DNA of 63,660 bases from NCBI GenBank assembly GCA_014360465.1, contig JACIXQ010000003.1, positions 1-63,660 on the forward strand. Reading direction: 5' to 3'. The notes under the pieces are model-generated. The model did not search any database. It saw only the letters and a program-made list of their open reading frames with translations, and was not told the DNA's origin. Both the position numbers and the translations under genes were made by a program. Positions 58,391-63,660 of this stretch are shown here, in pieces (the first letter of the stretch is position 1; every line of letters starts with the position of its first letter). Source of the DNA: a bacterium (GTDB taxonomy: Bacteria > Armatimonadota > JACIXR01).

Positions 58391-59567
58391 GAAATGGTTT
58401 GAGAAACGAGGCGAATATATCCTTCTTGCCCTGATATTCATTATATATTTTCTCCTCGTCTTTTGGTATTCGTCCCTCATCCCCTTAGGCAAAGGGGTGG
58501 ATGAAGAGGCGCATTTTCTCTATGTTGAAGATGTGAGGGATTTTAAAACATTGCCTATTTTGCAGGTTCCTCATAGGGGACATTACGAATCTCATCAACC
58601 GCCTTTGTTTTATCTGCTTTCCCTTCCAATCGCTTTTCTGGGAGGCGAAAACTGGAGAATCTGGGGTAGATGGTTTTCCTCTTTTATTGTGGCGGTTGCC
58701 GGTTTCATCTGCTATCTTGCGGGCAAGAGATTGTTTGGAGATAATAAAACCTTATATCTGGGGGCGCCAGCTTTTCTATTGTTTTTGCCGGGGAATATAG
58801 CCATTTCTGCAGGATTCACAAACGATACATTAGCACAGGCTCTTTTTGCCCTTGCTATTTATTTCTTCATCAAAAAAGAAGAAAGGAACTGGCTCTGGGC
58901 GGGGATAGCCACGGCTGGAGCGATTCTTGCCAAACTCAACTGTATGGTGCTCGTCCCTTCTGCTTTGCTCGTCCTTATCCTTTCCTTGAAAAGCGAGGAA
59001 AGGGACATAGTTTTAAGAAAGTTTATTTTCTTTCTTGCGCCCATTCTCCTCTTCAGCGGTTGGTGGTTTGTGAGGAACAAGCTCCTCTATGGCGATTTTC
59101 TTGGTTGGCGAATTTTCCAAAAAGCATTTGATAGTAGTCCCCATCCCTCCTATTTCCTTGAAAAGGGGTTTAGCTGGGGCGATTACTGGAAGCTTGTCCT
59201 TATCACCTGCTATGCGAGCTTCTGGACTCCCCTTATAAAGCTGCGTTTTCTTCCTTGGGGGTATTATTTTCTGCCTGGAGTATTTTCTTGTCTCGCCTTC
59301 ATTGGGTTTCTGAAATGGTTAAAAGAGGATGAGAATAACCGTCTTGTCCTCATTCTTATTGCCCTCAGCTTCTTCTTCCTTTTCCTCTCTTTTCTGCGGT
59401 TCAATCTTTATTTCTTTGAGGCGCAGGGGCGCTATCTCTATCCCGCTTTGAGTGCCTTTGCTCTCCTTTTCGCCGGAGGTTTGGGCAGATTAAATAAACT
59501 CCTTTTGCCAATCTTCATCTTTTACCTCCTAATCTTGGCGCTTGCATCCTCTTCCATTTTGTATTAA
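58341..59567 (+). CDS. GT-C (ArnT/PMT-like) membrane glycosyltransferase
   Basis: DEEAH..Y after TM1; QPPLFY; NDTL; K.N; WF.RN..LYGD; QGRYLYP; multiple TM segments. Confidence 0.72.
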   Translation: MKRRHRESTRLGKGKTEKWFEKRGEYILLALIFIIYFLLVFWYSSLIPLGKGVDEEAHFLYVEDVRDFKTLPILQVPHRGHYESHQPPLFYLLSLPIAFLGGENWRIWGRWFSSFIVAVAGFICYLAGKRLFGDNKTLYLGAPAFLLFLPGNIAISAGFTNDTLAQALFALAIYFFIKKEERNWLWAGIATAGAILAKLNCMVLVPSALLVLILSLKSEERDIVLRKFIFFLAPILLFSGWWFVRNKLLYGDFLGWRIFQKAFDSSPHPSYFLEKGFSWGDYWKLVLITCYASFWTPLIKLRFLPWGYYFLPGVFSCLAFIGFLKWLKEDENNRLVLILIALSFFFLFLSFLRFNLYFFEAQGRYLYPALSAFALLFAGGLGRLNKLLLPIFIFYLLILALASSSILY

Positions 59568-59728
59568 AACAGCCTTTGAAGAAGGTATCGGGAGGGAATT
59601 CAAGTTTTCCTATGAGCAGAAAAGGAGTAGACTATAAGTGTTAAAAAATTTCCTAAATTTTTCTTGGGAATTTTAAAAAATAACTTGCCAATTTGAATAA
59701 ATTATGAGAATTCGTGAAGGTGGCCAAG

Positions 59729-60505
59729 ATGAAAGGGTGGAAATATCTAAGGAGTGTCTCTTATGGAGGGCTACTTTGTAGCGTAGTCCTCCTATCCTCT
59801 GTTTTGTCACTTGCCCAGCTTCCTCCACCCTCTCAATCCACAACCGTCACAATAACCAGTCCTCAAAATGAATCTTCATAATAGTTAGGGGCTTTCATTC
59901 GATGGAAGAATGACCCAATTCGCCTATGCAGGAGAGGGTTATGATAGGGTATGGATGAGGAAGGAAAATTGCGACGAGATTTTCTTCTATTACGATGGAG
60001 GGAAGACGACGGCTGAGTTCAATGCGCAGGGAGGACTGTTGCGGGCTTACAGGTATGGACCACAGGTTATATGGATGGAGGAGGGAGGGAATATCTTCTT
60101 CCTTCATTCTGATGCTCAGGGCTCGGTGAGGGCGGTTACGAACATATCTGGTCAGCTTGTAGCGGAATACACCTACGATGCGTTTGGCAATCAGCTGGAA
60201 GACGAGGAGGGCTGGAATCCCTTCAAATATTGTGGTATATTTGGTTATAGAGAAATGAGGAAATAGGACTTATGAAAGTAGGAGCGAGATTCTATGACCC
60301 AATAATAGGTAGATGGATACAAAAAGCCCCAATTTTAGATGGGTTTAACTGGTGGGTTTATTGTGAGAATGACCCTGTGAATGGGGTGGACCCAGAGGGG
60401 ACTTGGACGAAAGTTATAAAAAGACCGTTTAATCTGTTGCGGAGTAGCCGTAGTAAAGTTATCCACGATAAATCGACTACCAGTCTACGGGCTGGAAGGA
60501 GGTAA
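59729..60505 (+). pseudogene. Internally deleted and frameshifted Rhs/YD-repeat gene
   Basis: Signal peptide plus TVTITSPQN (59729-59881), then core YD repeats (DAQGSV; YTYDAFG; NPFKY), a 1-nt frameshift, and GARFYDP.IGRW...YCENDPVN.VDPEG. Confidence 0.85.
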
Positions 60506-60549
60506 TCTACCATATCCCAGCCTTTCCATAAATCTACTGCTTTAAAGGG

Positions 60550-61437
60550 GTGATGAAGATGCTTCAAAAGATTAAACTCGTATTTGACTTAATTGGGTTA
60601 GCCCTGATATTGGCTCCAACTTTTGTACCCAAAGACCAAATCTCCGTCGGTAAGGTAAAAGAAGAGGTTAGAAAAGGTGAAACTTTAAGGTATATAAGTT
60701 TGATGAGTCAAAAGACCATAGCATCCAACGAAGAAGATGCAAATAACAATACAATAGGTGAGCAAAAAGGAAGCAATGGAAAGCAATCGTTCATTCTTAA
60801 TCTCAGCGGTCCTATATGGATAAAACTAAAAGACTCATACGAGGTTAAGATAAAGAATATAACCCCGGAAAAAGTGAATTACGAAATAAAAGTGGAAGAG
60901 TTCTTTGGAGGGATAAACTTCTCAGGTCTCAGCTTACCATCAAAGAAAGAGGAAAAAGTTGGGGAATTAGGTCCGTTTGATGTGGAGCAATATCGTTATA
61001 TTCCGCCTGAAGAAGAACCCAATTTGAGACCCCCTTCCAATAAAGAATTAGAAAAGTTTATCGACTTCTTTCCGCCGAAGTTGCCCTTTTTCTGGTTGCG
61101 GTTGCCTCCGATGAAGAAAGGCGAAGAGATTCAAATAGAATGGGAACCATTGCCATATAAGCTCATAGGTTTAAAGCCTGCACTCGCTACTGTTCAATTT
61201 CTTGGCATTTATACGAAGGATGGGAGAGAAGTTGCCCTGTACAAAGTCAAACGAACCACCGGCTATTTCCGAGGTTCTTTTCGTCTATATTATGACCTAC
61301 AGCTCAAGAAGTTTACCGAAATGGACGGGACATTCGAGCAGGGAAGACATATAGCCCAAGTAGAGGGTAAGGAAAAAGAGAAAATCCCACAATCCAGGGA
61401 AATTAAAGTTCGTGTAAGAGATTATTTCTTGTTTTAG
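60550..61437 (+). CDS. Hypothetical protein with an N-terminal hydrophobic segment
   Basis: 295-aa ORF downstream of the Rhs remnant; no recognisable motif. Confidence 0.55.
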   Translation: MMKMLQKIKLVFDLIGLALILAPTFVPKDQISVGKVKEEVRKGETLRYISLMSQKTIASNEEDANNNTIGEQKGSNGKQSFILNLSGPIWIKLKDSYEVKIKNITPEKVNYEIKVEEFFGGINFSGLSLPSKKEEKVGELGPFDVEQYRYIPPEEEPNLRPPSNKELEKFIDFFPPKLPFFWLRLPPMKKGEEIQIEWEPLPYKLIGLKPALATVQFLGIYTKDGREVALYKVKRTTGYFRGSFRLYYDLQLKKFTEMDGTFEQGRHIAQVEGKEKEKIPQSREIKVRVRDYFLF

Positions 61438-61650
61438 CAAACTCTAAAATACGATTGTAAAACCAATCTGACCGGAATCTCTTTTAATATTTTTTAAGTA
61501 TGTGAGGCTCACTAATTTGACAATTTCATTATATACCACCAAAGGAACGAATAACCGATTCCTTCATCAAAGTTGACAGCTTGTGGAAAATTTTTTAAAT
61601 TCAAAGCTAAGAAACGAGTTGGATTGGAAAATATAACGAAGCATTAATAA

Positions 61651-61679
61651 TTGAGGTCCTTTTTAAAAACCCTTATAAT
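61651..61679 (+). promoter_or_regulatory. Sigma70-type promoter candidate
   Basis: TTGAGG-17 nt-TATAAT. A second candidate, TTGACA-17 nt-TAAATT, lies at 61573-61601. Confidence 0.5.
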
Positions 61680-61777
61680 AGTAATCAAAATTAAGAAAGC
61701 AGTTGTAAATTTATCTTGAAATGGTCTCGTCCAACAAAATCAAGAGGTTTGTTGAAATAAAGAGGGAGGTTAAAAAA

Positions 61778-63202
61778 GTGATTAATGGTATATATATCTT
61801 GGTTTTTGCTCTTTTTGTCCTTTGTGTATCTCCTGCTTTCTCTGACAAAGTGCTTGCCCTTCACCCGCGGAATCCTCATTATTTCATCTTCCGTGGTAAG
61901 CCTCTGGTCATCGTTGGCTCGGGGGAGCATTATGGAGCGGTCTTAAATCTTGATTTTGATTATATCGCTTACCTTGACGAACTTCAGGAAAAGGGGCTAA
62001 ATCATACCCGCCTATTCTCTGGCGTCTATAGGGAAATCGCTACTTCCTTTGGCATAACGGATAACACCCTCGCTCCCCTCGCTCCAGATAAATACATCTG
62101 TCCCTGGGCAAGGAGCAATGTGCCGGGAGCAAAAGATGGGGGGAACAAATTTGACCTAACCAAATGGAACGATTCATATTTCAAGAGGCTCAAAGATTTC
62201 ATCCAGCAGGCAAGCAAAAGGGGAATAATCGTTGAGGTGAACCTTTTCTGCCCTTTCTATGACGATAATTTATGGAAAGTTTCCCCAATGAATGCTCTGA
62301 ACAACATAAATGGGGTTGGCAATTGCCCTTCTAACGAAGTTTACACCCTCAAACATCCCGATTTGACCGCTGTGCAGGAAGCGGTAACAAGAAAGATTGT
62401 TCAAGAACTCAGGAATGCTGACAATATCTACTATGAAGTTTGTAATGAGCCCTATTTTGGTGGGGTGACTATGGATTGGCAAAAACATATCATAAAGGTG
62501 ATTGTGGAAACCGAGAAGAATTTTCCCATAAAGCATCTCATTTCCCTCAATATAGCCAATGGCTCGGTAAAAGTAGAGAATCCTCCTCCCGAGGTTTCCA
62601 TCTTCAATTTTCACTACTGTTATCCTCCCGATGCTGTTCAGATGAACTACCATCTCAACAAGGTCATCGGGGAGAACGAGACGGGATTTAGGGGAAAGGA
62701 AGATGTGCTATATAGAACCGAGGGATGGGATTTCATAATCGCCGGGGGAGCGCTTTACAGCAATTTGGATTATTCCTTCACCTATAAGCATCCTAAAGGA
62801 ACCTTCCGTGATTACCAGTCGCCGGGAGGGGGAAGCCCCACTTTGCGGCGCCAACTGAAAATCTTAAAGGATTTCATCCACGGCTTTGATTTTATCAGGA
62901 TGGCTCCCGATAACGCGGTGATAAAGGCGGTCAGCGAGGGAGTAAAGGCGAGGGCTCTCGTTGAGGAAGGCAAGCAGTATGCGATTTACATCCACGAGCC
63001 TCCTCAGGTGGGGAAGCAGGCGAATGAGAGGCAAGTGGAGATAAAGATTGAACTGCCCGAGGGAACTTATTCCTATGAATGGCTAAATACGAAGACCGGT
63101 AATGTGGATAAGCGTGGCAAATTTGTTCATAAAGGTGGTGTGAGAAACTTGATTTCTCCCATTTTTAAGGAGGACATAGCTTTACGAATTATGAGGAGGT
63201 AG
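61778..63202 (+). CDS. Secreted GH5-like/DUF4038-like TIM-barrel protein with a C-terminal beta-sandwich
   Basis: GTG after AGGGAGGT; signal peptide; NPHYFIFRGKP; YEVCNEP (acid/base); IGENETG (nucleophile); Y...WLN.KTG. Confidence 0.62.
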   Translation: MINGIYILVFALFVLCVSPAFSDKVLALHPRNPHYFIFRGKPLVIVGSGEHYGAVLNLDFDYIAYLDELQEKGLNHTRLFSGVYREIATSFGITDNTLAPLAPDKYICPWARSNVPGAKDGGNKFDLTKWNDSYFKRLKDFIQQASKRGIIVEVNLFCPFYDDNLWKVSPMNALNNINGVGNCPSNEVYTLKHPDLTAVQEAVTRKIVQELRNADNIYYEVCNEPYFGGVTMDWQKHIIKVIVETEKNFPIKHLISLNIANGSVKVENPPPEVSIFNFHYCYPPDAVQMNYHLNKVIGENETGFRGKEDVLYRTEGWDFIIAGGALYSNLDYSFTYKHPKGTFRDYQSPGGGSPTLRRQLKILKDFIHGFDFIRMAPDNAVIKAVSEGVKARALVEEGKQYAIYIHEPPQVGKQANERQVEIKIELPEGTYSYEWLNTKTGNVDKRGKFVHKGGVRNLISPIFKEDIALRIMRR

Positions 63203-63207
63203 GAAGA

Positions 63208-63660
63208 ATGAGCGATTGGAAGGTTCCCGCAAAATTCGGACAAAAGTTTGAAGTGGGTGAGGTATATTGTGAGGAGCGAGATTATCAGTTTTTTATCAAA
63301 GCATTAAAAGGGCCTTTCATAATTTTCATTGAAAACGATAGTGAGCTCCTGCGTGAATATATGAAGCATAAAATCACGGCGAAAGTTTTTCTTTATGAGT
63401 GGAATGAATATCGCTTAGTAATAAATAAAAGCAAAGGTGCAAAAGTGTTCAGTGGGGCTCAGGAAATCTACAAGGACGAATATGGGGATTTCTATCCTTT
63501 GCAATATACTAATCAATTGGGCAGGGTGAGGCTGAGGGTTGAGATAGAGGGAAAAAGTTTTTATCTGCCCGAAATAGAAGTAATCTCTCCCAAGCTGAAT
63601 TACAAAGAAACGGAGGATGAGCTATTCTATCCAAAATTCTATGACACTTTGAGAAACGAG
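63208..63660 (+). CDS. Partial ORF resembling the N-terminus of DUF2357 (McrC-like) proteins
   Basis: Open from ATG 63208 to the window end with a GGAGGT SD; LQYTNQLG.V.L...IEV.SPKLNY...Y..L pattern. Confidence 0.4.
   Translation, partial: MSDWKVPAKFGQKFEVGEVYCEERDYQFFIKALKGPFIIFIENDSELLREYMKHKITAKVFLYEWNEYRLVINKSKGAKVFSGAQEIYKDEYGDFYPLQYTNQLGRVRLRVEIEGKSFYLPEIEVISPKLNYKETEDELFYPKFYDTLRNE

Noticed and set aside
47232-59662. TTCCTAAATTTT shared by two intergenic regions (about 47240 and 59650)
   Set aside because: A 12-bp match in very AT-rich DNA is compatible with chance and is not palindromic.
347-63202. Many short ORFs in the six-frame track, including 51846-52673 (+, 275 aa) and 17717-18436 (+, 239 aa)
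   Set aside because: They are antisense or off-frame shadows of well-supported genes, with no motifs or ribosome-binding sites.
1-63660. CRISPR array, rRNA, integrase or prophage genes
   Set aside because: No regularly spaced repeats, rRNA motifs or recombinase/phage proteins were seen.

Overview
This is a bacterial chromosome window from a diderm organism (it has a secretin and LolA-like proteins). The S5 and SecY sequences recall Armatimonadota, but that is a tentative inference. Block 1 (407-23467, minus strand) is one contiguous run: a sigma70 promoter, tRNA-Thr/Tyr/Thr, tuf, the S10, spc and alpha ribosomal clusters, truA-rplM-rpsI, then NlpC/P60, an alpha/beta hydrolase and degP, closed by a 17-bp-stem terminator. 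An EF-G paralog sits between rplE and rpsN, rpoA is divergent, and rpsE overlaps most of rpmD. Block 2 (23540-32884) holds carbohydrate and accessory genes: a GH78 rhamnosidase broken by a 19-bp duplication, an epimerase, a serpin, an S1 protein and a GH15. Block 3 (32853-47130) is a type IV pilus locus that also carries a GT-C-like membrane protein and a divergent PfkA. Block 4 (47284-50649) is proB plus a LolA-like/TlpA cluster in which two lipoprotein genes appear to start at ATT. Block 5 (50715-63660) has a 1572-aa multidomain CAZyme-like protein, a GH101-like/GT-C pair, an Rhs remnant, a GH5-like protein and a partial DUF2357-like gene. No CRISPR array, rRNA or intact mobile element was seen. 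All family calls come from motif recognition; no database search was run.
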